From the IMG/VR virus record IMGVR_UViG_3300016472_000923: a stretch of DNA of 64,000 bases; one strand, given 5' to 3'. This DNA comes from a virus. The notes beneath the pieces are model-generated. The model was not told the DNA's origin. It did not search any database and saw nothing but the letters and a program-made list of their open reading frames with translations. Of the stretch, positions 37,587-46,692 are shown piece by piece; positions within the stretch are counted from its first letter, which is position 1; every line of letters starts with the position of its first letter. The translations under genes and the position numbers were made by a program.

Positions 37587-38402
37587 TTATTGCCCGGGCA
37601 GAGGCGATTTGGTGTTGACACCAGTGGCCTGAGCTAGATGCGGTTTGGTAGCGGGCTTGGGATCCTGCGTGCTTTGAGCAGGAGTATTGCCTACTTTGCC
37701 AATGGCATCTTTGGCTGTGGGCGCAGGACGACCTTGTGCTTCGCCGCCTTGATCAAGATTGGTGGGCTTGGCTACAGCACCTTTGGCACCCGAGTCAACA
37801 GCGTAAACAGCTTTTTTATTGACACCGGCTTCTTCGGTCTTGACTGGAGCAGGAGCAGCTTTCAAGCTCACAGCTTCCATCATGCCTTCGGTTTCCATTT
37901 CATCGTCGACCACTTCTTCGGCATCCATGTCAGGCGTGTCCATGTCCATCTCAACTTCGGTTTCCTCTTCGCCGCCTTCACCGCCCATCAGGGCTTCAAA
38001 CTCGGCCATGAGTTCGTCTAATTTGTCTTCAAGGTCAACCACGCGGTCTTCCAGTTCAGCGTCGGCCATTTCTTCACCTTCGCCCTCTACTGCCATGCCT
38101 TCTTCTTCGACTTCAATGTCGTCAATGAGATCATCGGCTTGATCACCGCCCATGGTTTCTTCCATGCCCATGTCGTGCATGCCCTCATCCATCTTGTCTT
38201 TCTTGTCATCGTACTCGATGTCTTTGGTGACTTTTTTGCCAGCTTCCTCGGCTTTTTCATCTTCGTCGTGAGTGGACTCTTCATCCATCATCTCTTCGTA
38301 GATCTGGCGGCTTTTCTCCACAACGATGTCGTGGAACAGCTCACGCGCCTTGGCTGTTTCGTCATTGATCACATATTCGATCAGTTGTTCAAATTTATTC
38401 AT
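37587..38402 (-). CDS. Acidic prohead core protein (gp67/68-like position)
   Basis: Extremely D/E/M-rich; lies between portal and protease genes. Confidence 0.6.
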   Translation of the reverse strand: MNKFEQLIEYVINDETAKARELFHDIVVEKSRQIYEEMMDEESTHDEDEKAEEAGKKVTKDIEYDDKKDKMDEGMHDMGMEETMGGDQADDLIDDIEVEEEGMAVEGEGEEMADAELEDRVVDLEDKLDELMAEFEALMGGEGGEEETEVEMDMDTPDMDAEEVVDDEMETEGMMEAVSLKAAPAPVKTEEAGVNKKAVYAVDSGAKGAVAKPTNLDQGGEAQGRPAPTAKDAIGKVGNTPAQSTQDPKPATKPHLAQATGVNTKSPLPGQ

Positions 38403-38514
38403 GAGACCCTCCAAAGTAATGGCTCTGTGAGATATTTAATATCTACAGATAAAACTGGGGGTTTACACGGTAGAAAATAGCAGAAATGACAGATTTTTGA
38501 CGGTAAGTCAAAAA

Positions 38515-38733
38515 TCACATCATGGGTTGTGCCGGAGGAGCGTACTGTTGTTGTACTCTCTTGATTTTTTCTCGGAATTCAAATGCACGAACGTCCTGCA
38601 TCCTGCGCAGTTTGTTGATCTGCCGCAGGGTCAGTTTGGTCTTGCGCAGATCTCCAAGTTTGGGCTGGCTGTTATCTTGTGCCAGATCTTGATATGGTGT
38701 GCGAGCGTCTTCGTAAAGTTCGTTGAATATCAT
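38515..38733 (-). CDS. Small conserved head-cluster protein
   Basis: RKTKLTLRQINKLR; TAAATA five nt upstream of the ATG. Confidence 0.65.
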   Translation of the reverse strand: MIFNELYEDARTPYQDLAQDNSQPKLGDLRKTKLTLRQINKLRRMQDVRAFEFREKIKRVQQQYAPPAQPMM

Positions 38734-38741
38734 GTTGATAT

Positions 38742-40568
38742 TTATGCTGGTGGCGGTGTCACGGGCTGGGAGACCACTGCTGCCCCAGGCTGTGATCCGG
38801 GTGCCGGAGCTGTGGTCGTGACTTCAGGCGGAGGTTCGGCTGCAGTGAAATTAGCCAGATCTTGGCCAGCAGCTATATCAGTTTCCATGCCTGCTGGGCT
38901 GATGCCCACGCCACGGAGATCCTGACCAGTGGCAGCCGGTGGTTCGGCTTTGGCACGCTCTTCATGCCAGAGTTTTTCGTTTTCTGCAATCTCATCTTCT
39001 GTGAGACCCAGATACCGGGCCAGCAAGAATCGTTTAGAAAGATAGGGTACCTGTTCCAACGCCGAAAAAGTATTCACACGAGTAGTATCCAACTCGGCTT
39101 CTCTATAACTGGCAAAATTCTGTGGCGGGTTGAATGTGATGTTGAACAGGCCAGCATCAATGTTGAATCCTCGCCAACGGAGGAACATCTTGAACTCGTC
39201 ATCGAGTTTTTCGATGATCAGGCGCTGCAAACGCTCACAATATTGGTTGAAACGATATTCTTGTATGAGAGCTGTGCCTACACGACCGTCGCTCAGTGGT
39301 CGATCCGAGTCGTCCGGTCCAGTGGGCAGATAAGAACTAGGCACACGGAGTCCACGACACATCTTGTTGTTGAAGTACTTTAAGTCGTCAATCTCGCCAA
39401 GATTGGAGCCGCCCGGCAGGACTTCAACAGAGGAGCCGCGGCCATCGGCAGTCTGGGGGAAAAAGTAATCTTCGTTGATGCTGAGCGGATTGTAGCTGGC
39501 ATCCATGATGTGATGTCCTTGGCCAGATCCGCCACCGTTGTGGCTGGGTATGCGCCGTTGATGTATCTCGTTTTTCACCCGCTCAACGAAACTCATGGCC
39601 ATGTGGCTGGGCATGTTGCCCACATCAATCTTGAACATTCGCCGTTCTGGGGCCCGGGCTACACGATAAATCAGCACAGAATCTTCCAGCAGTTCTTTCT
39701 GTTTGAACACGCGGAATATGACTTCCAATATGCTCTGCCCAAATGGCCAATAGAAATCCAGGCCTTCGGTTAGACTGAGATGGACTATGTGTTTGGCGTC
39801 AATCACTGACTCATTCATGGCCGCTGCAAATCTGCTGAGTCCTGCGCCTTGCGATCCAGAATTGGGCAAGGTATAATTGTAAGGTGCGAGATAGGCACCT
39901 GACGGCGGGTTCACATTGAAATCTGTGGTAGTTTTGGAGGCTACCGTGAGATTCTGGAAGTTGGGATTGATGTCGCGGATCACATACTGCTCAGGCCGTT
40001 TGCCCTCGCTTTCGTTTACAATCACGCGGGCGACCTTGGTCATATCCACCCAGTACATCTCAAATGTCTCAGGATCGCGCACGAAAACCTGGTCACCATA
40101 TTTGATGGTATTGCGGAAGATCTTGAAGATGCGCTGGTCCAACTTGTTTAATTTCACCCATTGCTGCAGTTGCTTGCGGATGATCTCTACTTCGTTGTCG
40201 GTGGGAGTTTCTGTGTATTGGATGGCAAAAGGCACATTTTCGTTGGGCGTGGTCTGGGTGGAAAACTCTGAAATGATATCCAAACAGGCGTTGATCTCTG
40301 AATCCATGTCCATGGCTTCGTACTGATTGTAACGCTCGATGCGATTGGGATGACCGATGTAGACTTCGGGCAATCGGCTGGCGTAATTGCGATAAACGAT
40401 GTCAGCATGCCCGGCCAAAGGGTTGTTGCTGCCTGGGGGCGTGTCACGGCCGTCGTTGCGTCCGTAGCCCGGTAACCCATCTGAAGCATAGCCACTGAGT
40501 GGACTCATCTGTCCAGATGTGTTTGAGACTTTAAAGTATTTTTTCCAACCTTTTTGTGCTTCAGCCAT
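38742..40568 (-). CDS. gp20: Portal protein
   Basis: LLEDSVLIYRVARAPERR.FKIDVGNMP, EDYFFP, LPGG.NLGEIDDLKYF. Confidence 0.95.
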   Translation of the reverse strand: MAEAQKGWKKYFKVSNTSGQMSPLSGYASDGLPGYGRNDGRDTPPGSNNPLAGHADIVYRNYASRLPEVYIGHPNRIERYNQYEAMDMDSEINACLDIISEFSTQTTPNENVPFAIQYTETPTDNEVEIIRKQLQQWVKLNKLDQRIFKIFRNTIKYGDQVFVRDPETFEMYWVDMTKVARVIVNESEGKRPEQYVIRDINPNFQNLTVASKTTTDFNVNPPSGAYLAPYNYTLPNSGSQGAGLSRFAAAMNESVIDAKHIVHLSLTEGLDFYWPFGQSILEVIFRVFKQKELLEDSVLIYRVARAPERRMFKIDVGNMPSHMAMSFVERVKNEIHQRRIPSHNGGGSGQGHHIMDASYNPLSINEDYFFPQTADGRGSSVEVLPGGSNLGEIDDLKYFNNKMCRGLRVPSSYLPTGPDDSDRPLSDGRVGTALIQEYRFNQYCERLQRLIIEKLDDEFKMFLRWRGFNIDAGLFNITFNPPQNFASYREAELDTTRVNTFSALEQVPYLSKRFLLARYLGLTEDEIAENEKLWHEERAKAEPPAATGQDLRGVGISPAGMETDIAAGQDLANFTAAEPPPEVTTTAPAPGSQPGAAVVSQPVTPPPA

Positions 40569-40595
40569 GGGATATCCTCTATGGGATATTTACCG

Positions 40596-42788
40596 CTAAT
40601 TGTTAGTTGCCTGGAGGATCTTGTTGCTGATCGAGTTTTGGTCGCGCATGGCCGCCACTAGACTTTCCAACGCAGAAAGTTGAGCACCCATCATGCTCAA
40701 CTGTTCTCCCATGTTGTCAGTGAAGCCCGGAATATTCACCGGTATAGTCTTGCCGTCGGGCAAAGGAACCACGGCTTCAGTTCCGTGCAATGTAGCAGCA
40801 TAACCTGATTTTGGACCAGCTGCTATGCCGCCGTCTTTCATGTATATGTGCGGTGGATCGTTGAATGCTCGGCCTGACTTGAATCCATGTTTGTCCAATA
40901 GACCTTGCGAGATGAGATAATCAGCTTGGCTGGTCTGGATGTCTAAAGCGCGACCTTGTTGATGCAGACTACGGCCCGGAGCTGCTCGCGGATTGTTGCC
41001 CGAATTGACATTGGCTTGTTCTTCTGGCGAACGGAAAGCCGAATTTATCTGCAGCTTGTCTCCGGTCATGGACTTGTATTCCATGGCCATGTTCATGAAT
41101 GCTGCTTTGACAGCAGGTTCCAACTTGTCAAAGTGTTCTCTGCTGCCGGTGTTGGTACCAAACTTTATCACATCTTCGGGCCTGGCCTGCCCAGCGGCTC
41201 CTGCGCCTTCAGCTCCAGGGCCACCACCTATCTGATAGCCCAGATAGCCCAGATAGCCTCCCACTGCACCACCAATGGCTGTGCCTAATCCTGGAACGAA
41301 TGATCCCAAGGCAGCACCTGCAGCAGCACCTGCTGCGGTAGAGGCCAAGCTGCCACCCATGGTACCTCGCCCACCTTTGCCGTAGCCCCCAGGTGCTGCA
41401 CCCGAGGGTGCTGTGCCCGCAGGTGGTTTGATTCCCAATTCTTTGCTGATTTCCGCAGTGGCTTTGTTGAGCACACCGGTGAACGCATTCACAGCAGTAG
41501 AAGCAGCTGGCAGGGCCTGGAAAGCCATGTTGTTGAGATTGCGACCCATCTGCTCAAGAGATTTCTGCGCATCTACGGTCTTGTTGGTAAGATCGTCGGT
41601 GCCAGCCTGGGCTTCTTTCTGTGCCCGGGCCACTTTGATCGCGTTGTCTTCTATGGTGGCTCTGGCAAAATCGCTGGCTTCGTTGTATTTGATGAATGTA
41701 CCTGTGCCATCGCCCACGGCCTGGGCATATGTCCTTTGCACTTCAAGATTGTTGCGTATGGCCTGTTGCAGTTGTCGTGTGGCTTCGCCCTGATCAATCT
41801 GTCCGGCCTTCATGCGCTCGATGATGTTGGTTGCTTCGCCTCCGGTACTCTGGAACAGTTTGATCGCAGCTTCACTTTGGGTAAAGCCCGATGTAATATC
41901 TCTCACACCCTGTGCCATTTCGTTCAGACCTGCTCCGGCCAAGCGGCTCTGAAAGTCCAACAGAGCCTTGGCTGTTTTTTCGTCTAGGGTGTCCAAGGTA
42001 GCCCGGAACCGACCTTCGCTTAAGGCAGCATCCTGCTGTTTCTGCAGGGCTTCACGACTGGTACCTGTGAGCCTGGCCAGTTGATCCAGTTCGTCTGCGT
42101 ATTGTTTGCTGCCCTGGATCAGTTGTTGTTGTGTTTTGTTTTGGGCATAACCCAGCCGAGTCTGTTGTGTGATGTAGCCGGCTGTGGTCTCGCCGATCTC
42201 GTCAGCGGTAAATCCAATCCTGCGCAGCTGATCACCAAGGTCGCTGTCAATGATGCCACCCACGATGCGGCTGAAATCTTCTGCACCAGATCCCACACTG
42301 CCACTGAATCGTGCCAGGGCCTGGGCATTGCTAGATACTGTGCGTTGGAATCCCTGCAGAGTCTGCCCAGATCTCAGGAACTGTTCTCTCAGTCCAGACA
42401 TGCCTTGGGCTGTGAGTCCACCAATCTTGCTGACTTCCTGGAAGGCCGTGGTGGCTTCTTGTAGCTGCCCGATGAGGAATTTGCTGCCCTCGGCTACCAG
42501 TTTCAGCGCACCAGCTACAGCGTTACCGGCATAGGGTATGGCCTTGGCCATTTCTCCCAGCGCTCCAGTCACACCGTCGATGATGGGATTGAGTTGTTTG
42601 AAGTCCGTGGCGCCTTCGGCTAGATTCTTGGCGAATCCGCCCATGGTCTTGCTGAGATCCAGTCCGGCTTTTTTGAGACTCTCGCCGAATTCCGAAGTCC
42701 CGCGACCCAACTTGCGCAGTTCCTGATCAGTGAGATCTGCACCGGTACGCAGTTTTTCAAATAGTTGTTCTAGTTCTCGTTCGTCCAT
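40596..42788 (-). CDS. Tape-measure-like protein with a C-terminal M15 peptidoglycan peptidase
   Basis: Long A/Q/G-rich helical body; INSAFRS.EEQ, SLHQQGRALD, DPPH; ends with GGI..GP.SGY..LHGTEAVVPL. Confidence 0.72.
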   Translation of the reverse strand: MDERELEQLFEKLRTGADLTDQELRKLGRGTSEFGESLKKAGLDLSKTMGGFAKNLAEGATDFKQLNPIIDGVTGALGEMAKAIPYAGNAVAGALKLVAEGSKFLIGQLQEATTAFQEVSKIGGLTAQGMSGLREQFLRSGQTLQGFQRTVSSNAQALARFSGSVGSGAEDFSRIVGGIIDSDLGDQLRRIGFTADEIGETTAGYITQQTRLGYAQNKTQQQLIQGSKQYADELDQLARLTGTSREALQKQQDAALSEGRFRATLDTLDEKTAKALLDFQSRLAGAGLNEMAQGVRDITSGFTQSEAAIKLFQSTGGEATNIIERMKAGQIDQGEATRQLQQAIRNNLEVQRTYAQAVGDGTGTFIKYNEASDFARATIEDNAIKVARAQKEAQAGTDDLTNKTVDAQKSLEQMGRNLNNMAFQALPAASTAVNAFTGVLNKATAEISKELGIKPPAGTAPSGAAPGGYGKGGRGTMGGSLASTAAGAAAGAALGSFVPGLGTAIGGAVGGYLGYLGYQIGGGPGAEGAGAAGQARPEDVIKFGTNTGSREHFDKLEPAVKAAFMNMAMEYKSMTGDKLQINSAFRSPEEQANVNSGNNPRAAPGRSLHQQGRALDIQTSQADYLISQGLLDKHGFKSGRAFNDPPHIYMKDGGIAAGPKSGYAATLHGTEAVVPLPDGKTIPVNIPGFTDNMGEQLSMMGAQLSALESLVAAMRDQNSISNKILQATNN

Positions 42789-42848
42789 GCTTTTTGATCA
42801 GTGCAAATCCTGGCCTATAAGTAAGTTATCTATTTATATGGTGAAAAA

Positions 42849-43691
42849 ATGTCAAACAATCCCAACCCACTGAGCCAATTTTTCCGGCAGCCGGCCATCT
42901 ATATCCGCTTGCCCAGCGCAGGTCGCAACTGGCCCGCTGGGTCCATCGACATGCCTGCCAACGGTGAAATACCTGTTTATCCCATGACAGCCATGGACGA
43001 GATCACTTACCGCACCCCTGATGCCCTGTTCAACGGCGAGGCCGTGACTTCTGTGGTGCAGAGTTGTGTGCCCAACATCCGCGACGCATGGAGCATCCCG
43101 GCCTGCGATCTTGACACCCTGCTGGTTTCGATCCGCATAGCCAGTTACGGCAATAGCATGGACATTGACACAACTTGTCCTGCTTGCCAATCTGAAAGCC
43201 AGTATGGACTAGATCTACGATCAGTGATTGACAAGATCCGAGCCGATGACTACACCAAACCGTTGACCGTGGGTGATCTAACCATCTACTTGCGACCGTT
43301 GAATTACAAAGAAGTCACAGCCAACAGCATCCTGCAGTTTGAACAACAAAAAACCGTGCAAGTGCTGTCTGATGCCAACACCCCCGACGAAAACAAAGTG
43401 CAACAGATCAATCGCATGATGAGATCCATGATGGAGGCCACAGTCAATGTGCTTAGCCAAAGCATCAGAGAGATACGCACGCCCACAGCCGTGGTCCAAG
43501 AACCCAGCCAGATTCTGGAATTCATGCAAAAATGTGATCGTGCCATGTTCAATCAGATACGAGATCGAGTGATACAGATGCGGCAAGTCAGCGAGATACA
43601 ACCATTGAAGATGCGTTGTATGAGTTGCCAACATGAATACGAGCAAGCATTCACCTTGGACAATGCTCGTTTTTTCGTATCAGACTCCTGA
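42849..43691 (+). CDS. Baseplate hub / tail assembly protein, gp26-like
   Basis: IRLPS.G, PMTA.DE, D..L..IRIASYG, two CxxC motifs. Confidence 0.75.
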   Translation: MSNNPNPLSQFFRQPAIYIRLPSAGRNWPAGSIDMPANGEIPVYPMTAMDEITYRTPDALFNGEAVTSVVQSCVPNIRDAWSIPACDLDTLLVSIRIASYGNSMDIDTTCPACQSESQYGLDLRSVIDKIRADDYTKPLTVGDLTIYLRPLNYKEVTANSILQFEQQKTVQVLSDANTPDENKVQQINRMMRSMMEATVNVLSQSIREIRTPTAVVQEPSQILEFMQKCDRAMFNQIRDRVIQMRQVSEIQPLKMRCMSCQHEYEQAFTLDNARFFVSDS

Positions 43692-43711
43692 TTTCCAACG
43701 AGCAACAGATC

Positions 43712-43906
43712 GTGGCCATGGTAGATGGCATGGATCAGGAGTCAAAAGAAATTCGCCGTGAAGCATTGAAATTTGTTTGGTACATGCGTGGCGGTTTGAC
43801 TTACACCGAAGCCATGAATCTCAGCCACGGAGAACGAGAAATCGTTTCCGGAATCATCAAAGAAAATCTTGAGACCACGAAGAAAAGCGGATTGCCTTTC
43901 TTCTAA
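43712..43906 (+). CDS. gp51-like hub assembly protein, possibly made as a -1 frameshift extension
   Basis: WYMRGGLTY.EAMNLS..ERE; -1 frame is open back through the TTTTTTC at 43670. Confidence 0.6.
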   Translation: MAMVDGMDQESKEIRREALKFVWYMRGGLTYTEAMNLSHGEREIVSGIIKENLETTKKSGLPFF

Positions 43907-44348
43907 GAGACTTGCTGCGCAAGTCTGTTGATTTCGCTTTGCTCATCAACTAGTGTTAACTCTGAGCGAAGCGAAAGATTCGTCATCATCCAGATAAAGC
44001 GGTCACACTTAGCCCGTTGCCGGGCTAAGAAAAATGTGCATCATCCGAGTATCACAGTCACACAGCGTTAGAGCTACGGAACCAACTTGTTCCACGCAGG
44101 CGGTTGTCCGGTACCTGCTCACTCCGTCTTATCACAACGGCAACACACAGACCGTACGCTATCACGATCCACATGCCTGAGGTTTTTCTCCTCTCTTTTT
44201 GCCTTTTATCCTTTTCCAACAACCAAATCACAGGCCTTACAAGTGATCATCATCCCGGGGGGTAGTGGTTGAGTGCCCACGGGTGCGGTGGGTCTTCCGT
44301 CACTGTGAACCGTGGTTCCAGATCTAGGGCGCACGAGTTTGGCCTGCG
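43907..44348 (-). ncRNA. Candidate structured ncRNA (~440 nt) of unrecognised family
   Basis: About 10 stems, a GCAA tetraloop, a G-U-rich 14-bp helix that forms only on the minus strand, and a pseudoknot. Confidence 0.55.
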
Positions 44349-44789
44349 CTAGCCTTGACTACCTAGTTTGCCTTTGATGTGTGAGCCATGTACTCGAACC
44401 TGTATGTGACCATTGTAGTATTCGTCTGATTCCAGTACCTTGCGGGCGAATTGTTCACGAGCCTCTATATAACTGCATTCAGCCTTGCTTCGGCAGTAAT
44501 ACAATATCTCGCGTGTGAAATTCTCTGTGCCTAACTGCTTGACTTCTTTGTTCAACTCGTCGTTGCTGCCGTAGTATTCTTGCCAATCGCTGTCGATCTT
44601 GCTGCGTATCTTTTTTTTCTTTTTGGTGCCGTTTTTGAGTTTGACTGTTCGATATGTTGTTTTGCGGAACTTGCTGAGTTTCTTGCCTATGTATTTCTTG
44701 CCTGATATCTTATTCGTGATGAGATACACGAAGCCCACATACTCTTCGGGTATTTCGGTGATCTCTTGTGATTCGAACAGCCATGTCAT
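44349..44789 (-). CDS. Small GIY-YIG-like endonuclease with a basic insert
   Basis: GFVYLITN..SGKKYIGKK, YYGS, FTREIL, E..EQF, YYN. Confidence 0.75.
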   Translation of the reverse strand: MTWLFESQEITEIPEEYVGFVYLITNKISGKKYIGKKLSKFRKTTYRTVKLKNGTKKKKKIRSKIDSDWQEYYGSNDELNKEVKQLGTENFTREILYYCRSKAECSYIEAREQFARKVLESDEYYNGHIQVRVHGSHIKGKLGSQG

Positions 44790-44799
44790 TCATTGATAG

Positions 44800-46563
44800 T
44801 TATGCCAAATCTATGTCAGTATTATAAGAAGTAAATCCACCTTCTTTGACCACACGCAGGATGTTTTCCACCCGTCCAGCCAATTCGTCTCTGTGCGACA
44901 CAAGCCAAATGCTCTTGTTGCGCTCGCGACTCATCTTCTTAAGTAACGCAAGACTGTTTTCCACGCCTTGTGTGTCCATGCCCGAATCCACCAACTCGTC
45001 GATGAACAGCACATTGATCGGAGAATACAGACTTTCCCAAACATCTCGGAATGCCCACGACATTGACAGTATCAGTCTATTGCGTTCGCCGCGGCTGAGA
45101 TTGTCAAAATCAAGATCTCGGCCCAGCTCTGTGATCTCTACTGTGAGATCATTTTGGAAGATGACCTGATGAGGTAGTCCGATCCTATCCAGATAGTGTG
45201 TGAGGCGGTTGTTGAGATAAGAAAGATTCTGCTCGATGATCTTCTTGCGGATGAAAGAATCTTTATTGGTCAATAGTTTCAACAAGAAATCTTGATGTTC
45301 TTGCAACCGAGTGAGTTCGTTCAAGGTGTCATAAGAAACGACCTGTAGAGCCTGAGATTGCATGTCTAAAATTTGCTCGCCATAGGGATCGATCTCAGCT
45401 GACCTGTTGGTGAGATCACGACGCAACCCGTCGAGGCTGTTACGATGATTCAATGCTTGCTCGATGTCGTCATAGAACACTGTGGGCGCTGTGCCCAACT
45501 CACCGACACTGGCGATGGTGTCCAGATGCTCTTGACGCTGTGTGTCATTGGTCAGCATCTGTAGAGCTGCTTCCTGCAAGCTGTCTTGTTTGGCTTTTTT
45601 GATTTCGTCTTGTTTGTGATCATGCAGATCCTGGCCACAGGCATAGCACCGATGATCGTCGAGGGCAGCGATCTCCCGTTTCAGCTTGTCCACGGTCTTC
45701 TGCAGTTTTTCGTCATCGGCGTCAATCTGCCGTATCCAGCGCCGGGCTTCGTCGATCTGCTTGCGGCGTTGATGGTATGTTTCCAGATCGCGATGTGCCT
45801 GTATCTCTGCTTCGATGTTGATATTGGCCAGACCTGCGATGGCAGTTTCCAACTGATCGCAGTCTTCGGTCTGTTTTTTCAACCATAGAGTCTGGCGTTT
45901 TTTTAGACTTTCGATCTGCTCTTCGATTCTTTTATTCGCTTCTTGCACCGCGCGGATGCGCATTTCTTCCTGACCAATGGCATCTTTGGTTTCTCGGTTT
46001 ATTTCTTTGACTCGCTCTGCTCGTTCGCTCAGCAAGGTGATGCCCAGCAGTTGCTCGATCATCAATCGTTGGTCGTTGGCCTTCATGGCCAAAAACGGCT
46101 CGGTATAAGTGTTCAAAGCCAATACATGCTTGAACATGTCGTGTGTCATGCCCAAGGCCGACTCTATTGCGTCTTGCGTTTCGCGGCTATCGCCCTGGCT
46201 GTCATCTTCGGCAGCTTGTTCTTGATTGTTGACATAGAATTTAAGCACATTGGGCTTTCTACCCCGTTCTATTCTGTAATCGCGTCCGTTGATAGAGAAC
46301 TCTAAGCTGACCAACATGGCTTTGCCATTGGTCTTGTTGACTAGGTTGTCACGGCGGATGTTGGTTAGAGCTTGGCCATACAAGGCATAGGAAAGAGCGT
46401 TGATGATGGTGGTCTTGCCTGTGCCGTTCCTTGAACCATCGCCGCCGAGATCTAGATTTTCTCCCAGGACCAAAGTGAGGTCCTTGCGATCAAAATTAAT
46501 GGCCTGTGTGGCATTGCCCACCGACATGAAGTTTTTGACTGTGAGATCTTTGATTTGTATCAT
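44800..46563 (-). CDS. gp46: Recombination ATPase (Rad50/SbcC-like)
   Basis: NGTGKTT Walker A, CYAC hook, LSRGE signature, FIDE Walker B, SH. Confidence 0.93.
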   Translation of the reverse strand: MIQIKDLTVKNFMSVGNATQAINFDRKDLTLVLGENLDLGGDGSRNGTGKTTIINALSYALYGQALTNIRRDNLVNKTNGKAMLVSLEFSINGRDYRIERGRKPNVLKFYVNNQEQAAEDDSQGDSRETQDAIESALGMTHDMFKHVLALNTYTEPFLAMKANDQRLMIEQLLGITLLSERAERVKEINRETKDAIGQEEMRIRAVQEANKRIEEQIESLKKRQTLWLKKQTEDCDQLETAIAGLANINIEAEIQAHRDLETYHQRRKQIDEARRWIRQIDADDEKLQKTVDKLKREIAALDDHRCYACGQDLHDHKQDEIKKAKQDSLQEAALQMLTNDTQRQEHLDTIASVGELGTAPTVFYDDIEQALNHRNSLDGLRRDLTNRSAEIDPYGEQILDMQSQALQVVSYDTLNELTRLQEHQDFLLKLLTNKDSFIRKKIIEQNLSYLNNRLTHYLDRIGLPHQVIFQNDLTVEITELGRDLDFDNLSRGERNRLILSMSWAFRDVWESLYSPINVLFIDELVDSGMDTQGVENSLALLKKMSRERNKSIWLVSHRDELAGRVENILRVVKEGGFTSYNTDIDLA

Positions 46564-46692
46564 TTCGAGTCTTTGTATCCTGAGAGTTTTTTTCCAAATG
46601 ATGCGCTTTGATATTTGTCAAGCGCATGAATCCCGTGGATGCTATCTTTCGATATAATTGCGTGATTGTTTTTATTCATCTATTGTAACACA

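Noticed and set aside
43925-43950. Hammerhead-like core on the minus strand (UUGAUGA-GC-AAA-GC-GAAA)
   Set aside because: No compatible stems I/III or NUH cleavage site could be built, and the flanks pair with each other instead
44087-44272. 61-aa plus-strand ORF in the intergenic gap
   Set aside because: No SD or promoter, and the composition is not protein-like
43907-44348. Group I/II intron, RNase P or tmRNA identity for the structured region
   Set aside because: No P7 core, domain V, RNase P conserved blocks or tRNA-like ends, and the flanking genes are convergent and uninterrupted
46500-46690. Short ORF and hairpin between the radical SAM gene and gp46
   Set aside because: The ORF overlaps the gp46 start out of frame and has no SD; the single hairpin alone is uninformative
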